Positions 28,329-37,834 of a DNA stretch of 64,000 nt are shown one piece after another; positions within the stretch are counted from its first letter, which is position 1, and the number at the start of each line of letters is the position of its first letter. The position numbers and the translations under genes are program-made. The stretch comes from Candidatus Collierbacteria bacterium GW2011_GWA2_42_17 (GTDB taxonomy: Bacteria > Patescibacteriota > Microgenomatia > UBA1400 > MFAQ01). A model generated the notes under the pieces. The model did not search any database. It worked only from the letters and a program-made list of their open reading frames with translations, and was not told the origin of the DNA. The DNA is taken from assembly GCA_000998275.1 (NCBI GenBank), contig LCDA01000001.1:30684-94683 (forward strand), written 5' to 3'.

Positions 28329-28853
28329 TTAGGCTTTAACTTTAAGTTCTTTTAAGAGGGCGTATTTCTTGGCAAGAGACTCGACTTGTTTAAGGGCTTT
28401 AAAGGTAGCTCTAGCGTTCGTTGTTTTGTTGTTTGAGCCGAGAGCTTTACAGACGATGTCGGTAACACCGGCAGCCTCTACGACAGCACGAATGGAGGAA
28501 CCAGCGATAATGCCGGTACCTTTGGGAGCCGGACGGAAGAGTACTTTGGAAGCACCAAACTTAGAGATGGTTTCGTAAGGAATGGTTCCATTTACCAGAG
28601 GAACCTGAACGAGGTCACGATTACTGAGACGAACGGCTTTTTTGATAGCATCGGCAACGTTTGGGGCTTTGGCGAGTCCTAGACCAACCTTGCCTTTTTT
28701 ATCTCCAGTAACGACTAGGGCAGAGAAAGAAACGTTACTACCACCCTGGGTCTTTTTACTAACGCGGCGGATTTGAAGAACTTGTTCGAAACCATCTTGT
28801 TGGGGACGATCTCCTCTACCACGATTGTTGTTTGAGTTATTTGAAGGATTCAT
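28329..28853 (-). CDS. rpsE: 30S ribosomal protein uS5
   Basis: RVSKKTQGG, FSALVVTGD, PAPKGTGIIAG. Confidence 0.97.
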   Translation of the reverse strand: MNPSNNSNNNRGRGDRPQQDGFEQVLQIRRVSKKTQGGSNVSFSALVVTGDKKGKVGLGLAKAPNVADAIKKAVRLSNRDLVQVPLVNGTIPYETISKFGASKVLFRPAPKGTGIIAGSSIRAVVEAAGVTDIVCKALGSNNKTTNARATFKALKQVESLAKKYALLKELKVKA

Positions 28854-28859
28854 GTGATT

Positions 28860-29207
28860 TTAGAATTTAATTCCTGATTCTCTGACTGCCTCAGCTAATG
28901 CTTTGACGCGACCATGGAAACGGTAGGCACCGCGATCAAAAACAATACTGTCAATTTTGTTTTCTTTGGCTATTTTGCCCAAGAGAGTTCCAATTTCCGC
29001 AGCTTGAGCTAGTTTGGTTCCCTTAAAGGATTTGAGGGACTGGGAAGTGACGGCTGCCAAAACATGTCCATCTTTTCTGATAATTTGAGCCCCGATGTTC
29101 TGGTTTGAACGAAGAACAGTGAGTCGGGGGAGGTTGGTTCCGGCTAAAAGCTTGGCACGTACTCGGTGCTGTCTTCTGGCCTTAGAGGTTAAGGTGTTTT
29201 GAATCAT
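28860..29207 (-). CDS. rplR: 50S ribosomal protein uL18
   Basis: PRLTVLRSN, FDRGAYRFHGRVKALAE. Confidence 0.97.
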   Translation of the reverse strand: MIQNTLTSKARRQHRVRAKLLAGTNLPRLTVLRSNQNIGAQIIRKDGHVLAAVTSQSLKSFKGTKLAQAAEIGTLLGKIAKENKIDSIVFDRGAYRFHGRVKALAEAVRESGIKF

Positions 29208-29224
29208 TTTTGTTAATAAATTAA

Positions 29225-29773
29225 TTAAGCGGCTGTTTTAGTAGCGGTCTTGCCTTGTTTCTTGATGACGACTTCATCAGCATAGCGAATACCTTTGCCT
29301 TTGTAAGGCTCGGGTTTCTTGAGCTCTCTAATGTTGGCGGCAACTTGGCCAACTAGTTGTTTGTCAATTCCGGTGATGTGAATCTTGTCTTGACCTTCGA
29401 CGACAATGTTGACTCCGGGAACTTTTTTGAAAATGACGGGGTGACTAAAACCGAGAGATAAAGAAATCCCTTCGCCGGAGTTGGCAACACGGTAACCAGT
29501 ACCTAAGAGCTGAAGGTGTTTTTCAAAACCTTCGGTGACTCCTTTGACACAGTTCTCCGCCAAACGACGCGCAAGGCCATGAAGAGCACGGGTGGCGGGA
29601 ATGTCGTTTTCGCGGGTGAAGTTTAGAATGTTGTCTTTTTGTTCAACTTCGATACCTTTGGGAACTACGGATTCAAGGGTTCCTTTGGGACCGGTGAATC
29701 TAAGTAGACCGTCTAGTTTTTCGACTTTGACAGTTTCAGGGAGATATAGTGGTTTGCGTCCAATGCGGCTCAT
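29225..29773 (-). CDS. rplF: 50S ribosomal protein uL6
   Basis: MSRIGRKP, LGFSHP, PEPYKGKGIRY. Confidence 0.98.
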   Translation of the reverse strand: MSRIGRKPLYLPETVKVEKLDGLLRFTGPKGTLESVVPKGIEVEQKDNILNFTRENDIPATRALHGLARRLAENCVKGVTEGFEKHLQLLGTGYRVANSGEGISLSLGFSHPVIFKKVPGVNIVVEGQDKIHITGIDKQLVGQVAANIRELKKPEPYKGKGIRYADEVVIKKQGKTATKTAA

Positions 29774-29779
29774 ATTTTT

Positions 29780-30169
29780 TTACCAAATTTGACAGATAAC
29801 TTCACCGCCGAGATGCTTTTCGCGAGCGGTTTTGCCGGTCATAAGACCTGCTGATGTAGAGATGATAGTAGTACCGGCACCAGAGAGAGCTTGAGGGATC
29901 TCGTCGAAGCCGGAGTAGATACGGACACTTCCCTTACTGATGCGTTTGATGCCTGTAATGGCGGGAAGATTCTTGTCAAAATAGCGGAGGGTTACAATAA
30001 TTTTCTTCGAAGGTTTGGTATTTTCGACCGAGTAATCGACGATGAAACCGTCGGCTTTAAGGAGTTTGGCTATTTCCTCACTGATGATGGTATGTTTGGC
30101 CACGACTGTATCTTTTTTTGCGAGATAGCCGTTTCTTATAATGGTGATGAAGTCTGCGATTGTATCCAT
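29780..30169 (-). CDS. rpsH: 30S ribosomal protein uS8
   Basis: MDTIADFITIIRN, ISTSAGLMT, GGEVIC; start set at ATG 30169. Confidence 0.96.
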   Translation of the reverse strand: MDTIADFITIIRNGYLAKKDTVVAKHTIISEEIAKLLKADGFIVDYSVENTKPSKKIIVTLRYFDKNLPAITGIKRISKGSVRIYSGFDEIPQALSGAGTTIISTSAGLMTGKTAREKHLGGEVICQIW

Positions 30170-30170
30170 A

Positions 30171-30356
30171 TTATTTTGACATTTTGTAGACGCCCGGAAG
30201 TTCACCTTTGTGGGCTAACTCGCGGAAGCACAAGCGGCATAATCCGAAGATACGGATAACACCACGAGGTCTACCACAAAGCTGACAGCGATGGTGATCT
30301 CTGGTCGAGTGACCTTTCAGTCTTTTTGATTTTTCGATTTTACTTGTTTTAGCCAT
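30171..30356 (-). CDS. rpsN: 30S ribosomal protein uS14 (Zn-binding type)
   Basis: [10 protein letters not shown]...GLCRLCFRE. Confidence 0.96.
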   Translation of the reverse strand: MAKTSKIEKSKRLKGHSTRDHHRCQLCGRPRGVIRIFGLCRLCFRELAHKGELPGVYKMSK

Positions 30357-30363
30357 GTTTAGC

Positions 30364-30915
30364 TTATTTTGCTTCTTTGGTAAAAGGCATGCCGAGAGCG
30401 GTGAGAAGCATTAAGGAAGAGGCGGCGTCTTTGGCACTCGTTGAAATAGTAATTTCCAAGCCTTGAATCCTGCCTATTTTATCATATTCGACCTCGGGGA
30501 ACACAATCTGCTCGGAAAGACCGAGAGTGTAGTTGCCACTTCTATCGATAGTAGTCTTGGAAACACCTTGGAAGTCTTTGATACGAGGAAGAACAATAGA
30601 GGTCAGCTTCTGAAAAAAGTCATACATGCGATTGCCTCTTAAGGTAACCTTGACGCCGACAACTTCACCTTCACGAAGATTGAAGGCAGCAATACTATGC
30701 TTAGCCTTGGTTTCGACTGGAGTCTGACCGGTAATGGTAGCAATCCAGGCTTTTGTCTTAGCAAGAAGTTCTTTGTCTGTTTTGAAGTCACGAGAACTGG
30801 TGTTGAGGGTGATCTTCTCCAGTTTTGGAGTGGCTTCAATAGAAGAAAGTCCGAGTTCCTTTTGGAGAGCCGGCCTTATGGTCTTTAAATAGTTTTCTTT
30901 AAGAGTTTGTGTCAT
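30364..30915 (-). CDS. rplE: 50S ribosomal protein uL5
   Basis: [25 protein letters not shown]. Confidence 0.97.
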   Translation of the reverse strand: MTQTLKENYLKTIRPALQKELGLSSIEATPKLEKITLNTSSRDFKTDKELLAKTKAWIATITGQTPVETKAKHSIAAFNLREGEVVGVKVTLRGNRMYDFFQKLTSIVLPRIKDFQGVSKTTIDRSGNYTLGLSEQIVFPEVEYDKIGRIQGLEITISTSAKDAASSLMLLTALGMPFTKEAK

Positions 30916-31238
30916 TTTTTCTTGGTTTCACCGGTAATAACTTGACGACATAAGTGACAGACTCTGACCTTGGGTGTCTGGCTGGCATCGAAACCAACTC
31001 TGGTGGCTTTGCCACAACTGGGACAGACAAGAGCGACCGAGGCGGTGGAAATGGCTCTAGGAAGAGTCACTATTGAACCAGCTTCATTACCCTTAGGCTT
31101 GAGGTGTTTTTTGTAAACATTGAGACCTTCGACTAAAACTTTTTGGTCTTGAGGAAGAACTTTGAGGATCTTACCTGTGCGACCTTTGTCTTTGCCGGCG
31201 GTGATTTTTATGGTGTCGTTGATTTTAAATTTAAACAT
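30912..31238 (-). CDS. rplX: 50S ribosomal protein uL24
   Basis: AGKDKG.TGKI, VEGLN, CPSCGK. Confidence 0.96.
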   Translation of the reverse strand: MFKFKINDTIKITAGKDKGRTGKILKVLPQDQKVLVEGLNVYKKHLKPKGNEAGSIVTLPRAISTASVALVCPSCGKATRVGFDASQTPKVRVCHLCRQVITGETKKK

Positions 31239-31244
31239 ATACTT

Positions 31245-31619
31245 TTAGACGACTTCGGGTGCTAAGGAAGCAATTTTGGCAAATCCTCTGTCTTTAACCT
31301 CTCTCGCAATGGGTCCAAAGATACGAGTTCCGAGAGGTAGCTTACCAGCAATCGAGTCAATAATAACGACGGCGTTGTCATCAAAACGGACGTAAGTACC
31401 ATCGGAACGACCGGTTTCCTTACGGCAACGAACGATGACGGCCTTAACAACTTGCTTGTCTTTAACGGTGCCGCTGGCGTCTGCACCTTCAACCGCGGCG
31501 GTGACGATGTCACCCACAAAACCAAATCTGCGGTGAGAACCACCATGAACAAGAATGACCTTGACTAGTTTGGCACCAGAGTTATCGGCAACATTGAGGA
31601 CTGATCTTAGTTGAATCAT
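31245..31619 (-). CDS. rplN: 50S ribosomal protein uL14
   Basis: [28 protein letters not shown]. Confidence 0.98.
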   Translation of the reverse strand: MIQLRSVLNVADNSGAKLVKVILVHGGSHRRFGFVGDIVTAAVEGADASGTVKDKQVVKAVIVRCRKETGRSDGTYVRFDDNAVVIIDSIAGKLPLGTRIFGPIAREVKDRGFAKIASLAPEVV

Positions 31620-31843
31620 AGAACTTTAGTTATTTGCCAGTGTTTGTTTTTACTAATAGGTCGGGTTTCTTCGAGACGGACACTGTCGCCTTCTTTGGCT
31701 CCGATTTCATTGTGAGCGGTGTAGGACTTGTTGACCTTGATACGTTTGAGGTATTTGGGGTGAACTTGGAAATGAACCACATCAACAACAGCAGTTTTGA
31801 TCATTTTGGCGCTTTTGACGGTTCCAGTTAAGTGTTTTTTCAT
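31616..31843 (-). CDS. rpsQ: 30S ribosomal protein uS17
   Basis: [23 protein letters not shown]; start set at ATG 31843. Confidence 0.96.
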   Translation of the reverse strand: MKKHLTGTVKSAKMIKTAVVDVVHFQVHPKYLKRIKVNKSYTAHNEIGAKEGDSVRLEETRPISKNKHWQITKVL

Positions 31844-31844
31844 A

Positions 31845-32006
31845 TTATTTTGATCTTGATAGCAATTGAGCAATTTGAACTTTGGTTTTCTTGTGAGCGT
31901 TGGTGTTTTTTTCCTGACCGGCTTTAATTTTCAGTTTGATATCAGCCAATTTAATTTTTAGCTCGTCTAGGGTTTCGATAGGAGTTTCGATCTTGGTTTT
32001 AGGCAT
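31845..32006 (-). CDS. rpmC: 50S ribosomal protein uL29 (short; absent from ORF track)
   Basis: Manual translation MPKTKIETPIETLDELKIKLADIKLKIKAGQEKNTNAHKKTKVQIAQLLSRSK between rplP and rpsQ. Confidence 0.85.
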   Translation of the reverse strand: MPKTKIETPIETLDELKIKLADIKLKIKAGQEKNTNAHKKTKVQIAQLLSRSK

Positions 32007-32412
32007 TGTCTTTTTCTATAAATTTGGTTTTAACGGAGATTTTGTGACCGGCAAGACGAATAGCCTCGGCAGCAACTTCACGACTAACACCGGAAAGTTC
32101 CATAAGGATCTGACCAGGTTTCACGACGGCGACATAAGCTGAAACATCAGATTTTCCGGAACCCATACGGGCGCCAGGGGTCTTCCAACCAATTGGTTTG
32201 TGAGGGAAAACTCTAAGGAAAAATTTACCGACACGTTTTGTGTGGTGAGTGATGGTACGACGAGCAGACTCGATTTCAGCAGCGGTGAGCCAGCCACAAC
32301 CTTCGGCTTTGATACCGTAGTCTCCATAGGCTAAAAAGTTACTTCTGGTGGCGACACCACCCATGGAACCTCGGAATTCTTTTCTATATTTTCGTCTTGA
32401 TGGTTGTAGCAT
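31999..32412 (-). CDS. rplP: 50S ribosomal protein uL16
   Basis: MLQP, IESARR, RVFP, RMGSGK. Confidence 0.97.
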   Translation of the reverse strand: MLQPSRRKYRKEFRGSMGGVATRSNFLAYGDYGIKAEGCGWLTAAEIESARRTITHHTKRVGKFFLRVFPHKPIGWKTPGARMGSGKSDVSAYVAVVKPGQILMELSGVSREVAAEAIRLAGHKISVKTKFIEKDNA

Positions 32413-32427
32413 AGTCTTTTTGGTTTT

Positions 32428-33081
32428 TTAGATGATGATGTCTCCGGTATAAATCCAGACTTTAATACCAACGTAGCCTGAGCGGGTTAGGGCTGGCTTT
32501 TCAACATAGTCGATATTGGCACGAAGGGTTTGGGTAGGGATACGACCCTGTTTGAATTTTTCGGTACGGGCAATTTCAGCTCCATCGATACGGCCAGCAA
32601 AAACGATTTTGACACCTTTAGCGCCGGCAGCCATAACTTTTTCGATGGCTTGATTGGCGGCACGACGGAAAGGATAACGGTGTTCAAGCTGGTTACTGAG
32701 ACGGTCGACGATGATACCAGCAGAAAGTTCAGGATTTTTGATTTCCATGGGATGGAGATTAATCTTGATGGCGTTTTTGACCTTGAGATCAATTTTGAGA
32801 AGTTTTTCAATGTCTTTTTTGAGCTGTTCGAGGGAAGAGCCTCCGCGACCAATGACGACACCGGGGCGAGAAACATACATGAAAATGTCAACGGTGTTAA
32901 TACTACGTTTAATTTCGATGTTGGTGATGCCAGCAAGCTTCAACTTTTCTTCCAAAAAACGGCGAATACTGTTGTCTTCAAGAACAAACTTAGCGTAGTT
33001 TTTGAAGTTACTGTACCAGACGGACTTGGTTGGGAAGATGTATCCGGTTCTAAAAATGGTTGGATTAACTTTTTTACCCAT
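32428..33081 (-). CDS. rpsC: 30S ribosomal protein uS3
   Basis: RPGVVIGRGG, GRIDGAEIAR, PTQTLRANIDY. Confidence 0.97.
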   Translation of the reverse strand: MGKKVNPTIFRTGYIFPTKSVWYSNFKNYAKFVLEDNSIRRFLEEKLKLAGITNIEIKRSINTVDIFMYVSRPGVVIGRGGSSLEQLKKDIEKLLKIDLKVKNAIKINLHPMEIKNPELSAGIIVDRLSNQLEHRYPFRRAANQAIEKVMAAGAKGVKIVFAGRIDGAEIARTEKFKQGRIPTQTLRANIDYVEKPALTRSGYVGIKVWIYTGDIII

Positions 33082-33082
33082 G

Positions 33083-33556
33083 TTATTTAGTTTTTTTAGT
33101 GGTGGCTGCTTTTACTTTTTTGATTGTTTCTTTTTTGACCTCTTTAACTTCAACCTTGGGTTTAACCTCAGCTTTAGGAGCGGTGATCTTGGGTGTGACG
33201 ACCCTAAGGCTTAGGGTTAGGTGGGAAGAAATTCTCTCGTAAGGTTTGGTGCGACCACGGCCACCGATGTGAGCACGTTTGATGGTGCGACCTTTGGTGG
33301 CGAAAGCCGAGTTGATTATAAGAGAGTCTGGAGAAGCTTGTTTGAGTGAGACAGCGTTGCCAATGGCCTGTTTGATGAGCTTAGCTACGGGATCTGAAGC
33401 TCTTTTTTGGATGACAGCTAACTGTTTGATTGCGAGAAGAGCGGGACGTCCAACTAGAGCCTTAAGAATAAGATTGGTTTTACGAGGCGAAGACAACACG
33501 TGACTGGCACGTGCAGTAATGATATTGGAGTTTTCTTTATTATTAAGAGTAGCCAT
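33083..33556 (-). CDS. rplV: 50S ribosomal protein uL22
   Basis: SPRK, AIGNA, GRGR, SHLT; operon position. Confidence 0.93.
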   Translation of the reverse strand: MATLNNKENSNIITARASHVLSSPRKTNLILKALVGRPALLAIKQLAVIQKRASDPVAKLIKQAIGNAVSLKQASPDSLIINSAFATKGRTIKRAHIGGRGRTKPYERISSHLTLSLRVVTPKITAPKAEVKPKVEVKEVKKETIKKVKAATTKKTK

Positions 33557-33562
33557 AGTATT

Positions 33563-33847
33563 TTAGGTTTTGGTTAAGAGTCTCTTGACGATACGTCCAT
33601 GACCTCGGAAAGTTCTGGTGAGAGAAAACTCTCCTAAACGGTGTCCAACCATGTCTTCGGTGATGAAAACATCCTTGAAGACTTTACCGTTGTGGACCGA
33701 AAAAGTGTAGCCAACAAATTCCGGGGGGATCTGTGAGGATCTTGCCCAGGTTTTGATAGGCTCTTTTCTGCCCGAGTTTTTGAGTCGCTCTATTTTAATG
33801 ATGAGCTTCTCATCAACATATGGTCCTTTTACCGAACTTCTAGACAT
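33563..33847 (-). CDS. rpsS: 30S ribosomal protein uS19
   Basis: [20 protein letters not shown]. Confidence 0.98.
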   Translation of the reverse strand: MSRSSVKGPYVDEKLIIKIERLKNSGRKEPIKTWARSSQIPPEFVGYTFSVHNGKVFKDVFITEDMVGHRLGEFSLTRTFRGHGRIVKRLLTKT

Positions 33848-33849
33848 AA

Positions 33850-34608
33850 TTAATGGTTGTAGCGATGTTTAATAATTGATTTATTACTGTATTTCTTTTT
33901 GTCTCTGGTTCTCTTGCCCATGGTTCTCTTGCCCCAAGGGGATTTAGGAGATTTCATACCGACTCCAGAACGACCTTCTCCACCACCGTGAGGGTGAGAT
34001 CTAGGATCTTGAGCAACACCACGAACCGAAGGACGGCGACCCATGTGGCGGGCACGACCGGCGCTGCCAATGATTTCTTCTTTGTGATGTTCGTTGGTGA
34101 GACTGCCGATAGTGGCCTTGCAATCACCTTTGAAAATGCGGATTTCACCCGAAGGAAGTTTGACAGAGACTAGCTCGCTTTCTTTGGACTGAACCGTGGC
34201 GTAGTTTCCGGCACTTCTGACCATTTGAGCACCTTTTCCGGGGGTGATTTCCAGATTATGAATCTGAATACCAATCGGGATATTTTTTAAGGGTAAACAG
34301 TTACCGATTTTAATTTCAGCGGTTTCGGAAGAAATAATGACGTCTCCGACTTTAAGTCCTTGCGGGGCAAGAATGTAGTCTTTAACACCATTTCCATAGA
34401 CTAAAAGAGCAATATCGGCGGTACGATTTGGGTCGTATTCGATAGAAGCCACTTTAGCGGTCAGCGCAACATTACGCTTCCAGTCAATATGACGGAGAAA
34501 ACGTGTTTCGCGACCACCTTGATGGCGAACTGTTATTTTACCAGAAAAATTACGGCCTGACGATTTAGGATTTAATTTTCTTAGTTTTTTGGGTGCTTTG
34601 GTCTTCAT
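33850..34608 (-). CDS. rplB: 50S ribosomal protein uL2
   Basis: [22 protein letters not shown]. Confidence 0.98.
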   Translation of the reverse strand: MKTKAPKKLRKLNPKSSGRNFSGKITVRHQGGRETRFLRHIDWKRNVALTAKVASIEYDPNRTADIALLVYGNGVKDYILAPQGLKVGDVIISSETAEIKIGNCLPLKNIPIGIQIHNLEITPGKGAQMVRSAGNYATVQSKESELVSVKLPSGEIRIFKGDCKATIGSLTNEHHKEEIIGSAGRARHMGRRPSVRGVAQDPRSHPHGGGEGRSGVGMKSPKSPWGKRTMGKRTRDKKKYSNKSIIKHRYNH

Positions 34609-34613
34609 AATCT

Positions 34614-34922
34614 TTATGATTTAACAGTATTAAAGAGTTCGATCTTTTGACCGGCTTTAATTTTAACTATGGCTTTTTTATTCACAGGAAGGGTAACATG
34701 GCGACCTGTTTTTCTGGATTTCATTGGTCTGGAGCCGTGTTTTACGGTGTTGATGCTAAGAACATTAACCTTGAAGAGATCTTCAACCGCTTTTTTGATC
34801 TGATATTTACTGGCACTGGGAGCTACGTTAAAAACGTACTTGTCGAGAGCCGAAAGAGCATAACTTTTCTCAGTGACGACCGGACTAATAATGGTATTTT
34901 GGTGAATTAAAGGTGTAGACAT
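34614..34922 (-). CDS. rplW: 50S ribosomal protein uL23
   Basis: PVVTEKS, IKKAVEDLFKV, KKAIV. Confidence 0.96.
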   Translation of the reverse strand: MSTPLIHQNTIISPVVTEKSYALSALDKYVFNVAPSASKYQIKKAVEDLFKVNVLSINTVKHGSRPMKSRKTGRHVTLPVNKKAIVKIKAGQKIELFNTVKS

Positions 34923-34924
34923 GG

Positions 34925-35542
34925 TTATTTAGATTTGGTCGATAAAACAGATTTCAATCTTTCGACTAAGTGGGTATAGGCACTAGGAGTAAGGACAATC
35001 TTGGGGCTTTGGACCACTTTGTAAACATTAAGACGATTGGCGGAGAGAAGAACCACGTTGTCCAGATTTCCGATAGATTTGAGTGTTTTGGTGTCTTCAT
35101 TAAAGTGAACAAGTCCAAGTTTGTCTGTACCTAGAGAACTGAGGGCGGATTTGGTCGAAGAGTCTTTGATGGCGGCCGTGTCCAGTAGGGAGAGTCGTTT
35201 TTCTTTGTTGTAGAGTGAGAGAGCACCAAGAAGGGCCTTAATTTTCATTTTTTTGTTGAGGGATTTGGGGGTAAGTTTCAAGCCACGAGGACCAAAAACT
35301 ACGCCACCACCGACAAAGATAGGGGCGGATTTAGCACCATGACGAGCATTACCGGTACCTTTTTGTTTGTAGACTTTCTTTTTAGTGAAGTCAACTTCTC
35401 CACGTGTTTTGACTTTGGAAACTCCAACGTGAGAATTTTCCTGGTAAACATAGATTGCCTGAGCAAGAAGTGATGGTGAGACTTCCTTGTTGAAAATCGA
35501 AAGATCCTTGGGCTCGGTTGTGAGAACTTTTTTAGTAGCCAT
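34925..35542 (-). CDS. rplD: 50S ribosomal protein uL4
   Basis: KTRGEV, QKGTGNARHG, GGGVVFGP. Confidence 0.96.
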   Translation of the reverse strand: MATKKVLTTEPKDLSIFNKEVSPSLLAQAIYVYQENSHVGVSKVKTRGEVDFTKKKVYKQKGTGNARHGAKSAPIFVGGGVVFGPRGLKLTPKSLNKKMKIKALLGALSLYNKEKRLSLLDTAAIKDSSTKSALSSLGTDKLGLVHFNEDTKTLKSIGNLDNVVLLSANRLNVYKVVQSPKIVLTPSAYTHLVERLKSVLSTKSK

Positions 35543-35545
35543 AGT

Positions 35546-36145
35546 TTATAAAATAGTGATCTTAGTAACGGCGCCGCGGGAACCGGGAATTGAACCGGTA
35601 ATCTGAAGGATACCTGTCTGCGCATCAAATGAGTGAATTTTCAAGTTTTCGATAGTGACGTTGACGTTACCCATGCGGCCGGCCATGTGTTTGCCTTTGA
35701 CAACTCTACCAGGAGTGGTGCCTCGACCGATGGAGCCGGGAGCACGACCTCTGTCGGACTGACCGTGAGTGCGGGGACCACCGTGCATACCCCAACGCTT
35801 CATAACACCGGAGGTGCCTTTGCCTTTGGAGGTAGCAGTGACGTTGACTAGGGAACCAGGAACTAAGATTTCGGCCAAATTAACATCGGTAACTTCTTCG
35901 GAGACTTCTCTAATTGATTTAGGAGTTGTGCCAAAGCCGACTTTTTTAAGAAAACCTGCAAGAGGTTTGTTAGCCTTCTTTTTGTTTCCAATACCTAAGA
36001 CTGTGGCTTGGTATCCGTCTTTATCAATAGTTTTTTGAGAAATAACCACGTGAGGATCTACCGTGAGGACGGTCAAGGGGATCCGCTTACCTTCGACGAA
36101 GGTCTGTGACATTTCTGTCTTGGTTGCGTATACTTGTTTGTTCAT
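35546..36145 (-). CDS. rplC: 50S ribosomal protein uL3
   Basis: DGYQA, SKGKG.SGVMKRW, APGSIG, MAGRMG. Confidence 0.96.
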   Translation of the reverse strand: MNKQVYATKTEMSQTFVEGKRIPLTVLTVDPHVVISQKTIDKDGYQATVLGIGNKKKANKPLAGFLKKVGFGTTPKSIREVSEEVTDVNLAEILVPGSLVNVTATSKGKGTSGVMKRWGMHGGPRTHGQSDRGRAPGSIGRGTTPGRVVKGKHMAGRMGNVNVTIENLKIHSFDAQTGILQITGSIPGSRGAVTKITIL

Positions 36146-36233
36146 TTTTTATTAATATAAAACGCCCCCGATTTTCGGGGAAACCGAAAAACGGAAAGGG
36201 GGTTTTAGTTATTTAAAGATAGCGACATTCAGG

Positions 36234-36545
36234 TTACATCTTGATTTCAATTCCAACACCGGCAGGAAGATCAAGGTGCTGAAGTGAATCAATAGTCTTG
36301 TTGGTAGGATTTACAATGTCGATAAGCCTCTTGTGAGTAAGGATGGCGAACTGTTCGCGGGCATCTTTATCGGTGTGAGGCGAAGAGGTAACGACGATAA
36401 CCTTCTTCTTGGTGGGCAGGGGAACGGGACCAACCACCTGAGCGCCGGAAACTAAGGCTGCCTGAATGATTTTCTTAGCAGCCTCATCGATAACACGATG
36501 ATCGAAAGATTTTAGTTTGACGCGGATACGTGGTTGGTCTGTCAT
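36234..36545 (-). CDS. rpsJ: 30S ribosomal protein uS10
   Basis: [29 protein letters not shown]. Confidence 0.98.
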   Translation of the reverse strand: MTDQPRIRVKLKSFDHRVIDEAAKKIIQAALVSGAQVVGPVPLPTKKKVIVVTSSPHTDKDAREQFAILTHKRLIDIVNPTNKTIDSLQHLDLPAGVGIEIKM

Positions 36546-36586
36546 TTTCAAGAAGAATAAATGTGCAATTTAATGGATATCGTAGT

Positions 36587-37762
36587 TTAGGCGATAACCT
36601 TAGTGATAACTCCAGCGCCGACGGTGAGACCACCTTCACGGATAGCGAAGTTTTGGCCATCGGCCATAGCAATTGGTTGGATAAGTTCGACATTCATTTT
36701 GGCGTTGTCTCCAGGCATAATCATCTCGACACCTTCTGGAAGTTTGACCTCTCCGGTAACATCGGTGGTGCGGATAAAGAACTGGGGTTTGTAGCCAGTG
36801 AACATAGGAGTGTGACGACCACCTTCATCTTTACCTAGGATATAAGCCTCGGCTTCGAATTTGGTGTGAGGAGTGATGGAACCAGGTTTGGCCAGAACTT
36901 GACCTCTTTGGACATCATCTTTTTCAATTCCACGGAGAAGTAGACCGACATTGTCGCCTGCTTGACCTTGTTCGAGCTGTTGATGGAACATTTCGACTCC
37001 GGTAACAACAGATTTGGTGGTGTCTTTAATACCGACAATTTCGATTTCATCACCAATCTTGACGATTCCAGTACTGATACGTCCGGTAACGACTGTGCCA
37101 CGACCTTTGATTGAGAAAACGTCTTCAACGGGCATAAGGAAGGGTTTGTCTAGGTCACGAACAGGTTCAGGAATCCAGGTATCGACGGTGTCCATGAGTT
37201 TCATGATACCGGCCTGGGCTTCTTTGTCGCCTTCAAGAGCTTTTAGAGCGGAGACGCGAACAATTGGAGTGTCTTCTTCGAATTTGTATTTTTTCAAAAG
37301 CTCTTTTATTTCCATCTCAACAAGTTCGAGAAGCTCTTCATCTTGAACAGCGTCACATTTGTTTAAAGCAACGACTAAACGAGGGACGTTAACTTGGTGG
37401 GCCAAAAGTAAGTGCTCTTTGGTTTGAGGCATAGGACCGTCAGTAGCAGCGACGACCAAGATAGCACCGTCCATCTGAGCAGCACCGGTAATCATGTTTT
37501 TGATGTAGTCGCGGTGACCTGGACAGTCGATGTGAGCGTAGTGACGAATTTTTGTCTCGTAGGGAACGTGGGAAATGTTGATAGTAACTCCACGCTCTCT
37601 CTCTTCGGGAGATTTGTCGATTTGATCAAAAGGAAGTGCTTCTGCAAGTCCTTGAGCAGCTAAAGTTGTAGTAATAGCAGCAGTTAATGTGGTCTTACCG
37701 TGGTCAACGTGACCGATAGTACCGATATTAACGTGAGGTTTGGTTCTTTGGTATGTAGCCAT
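36587..37762 (-). CDS. tuf: Elongation factor Tu
   Basis: [24 protein letters not shown]. Confidence 0.99.
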   Translation of the reverse strand: MATYQRTKPHVNIGTIGHVDHGKTTLTAAITTTLAAQGLAEALPFDQIDKSPEERERGVTINISHVPYETKIRHYAHIDCPGHRDYIKNMITGAAQMDGAILVVAATDGPMPQTKEHLLLAHQVNVPRLVVALNKCDAVQDEELLELVEMEIKELLKKYKFEEDTPIVRVSALKALEGDKEAQAGIMKLMDTVDTWIPEPVRDLDKPFLMPVEDVFSIKGRGTVVTGRISTGIVKIGDEIEIVGIKDTTKSVVTGVEMFHQQLEQGQAGDNVGLLLRGIEKDDVQRGQVLAKPGSITPHTKFEAEAYILGKDEGGRHTPMFTGYKPQFFIRTTDVTGEVKLPEGVEMIMPGDNAKMNVELIQPIAMADGQNFAIREGGLTVGAGVITKVIA

Positions 37763-37834
37763 TTTTGTTAATTTTTTTTAATTATTTATAATATTAGCGT
37801 TTTAAGCCTATTTATTTTAGCAGATTTTACTCTA

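Noticed and set aside
32530-33090. 186-aa antisense ORF over rpsC, and similar antisense ORFs over tuf, fusA and rpoBC
   Set aside because: Shadow ORFs expected from codon bias in highly expressed genes
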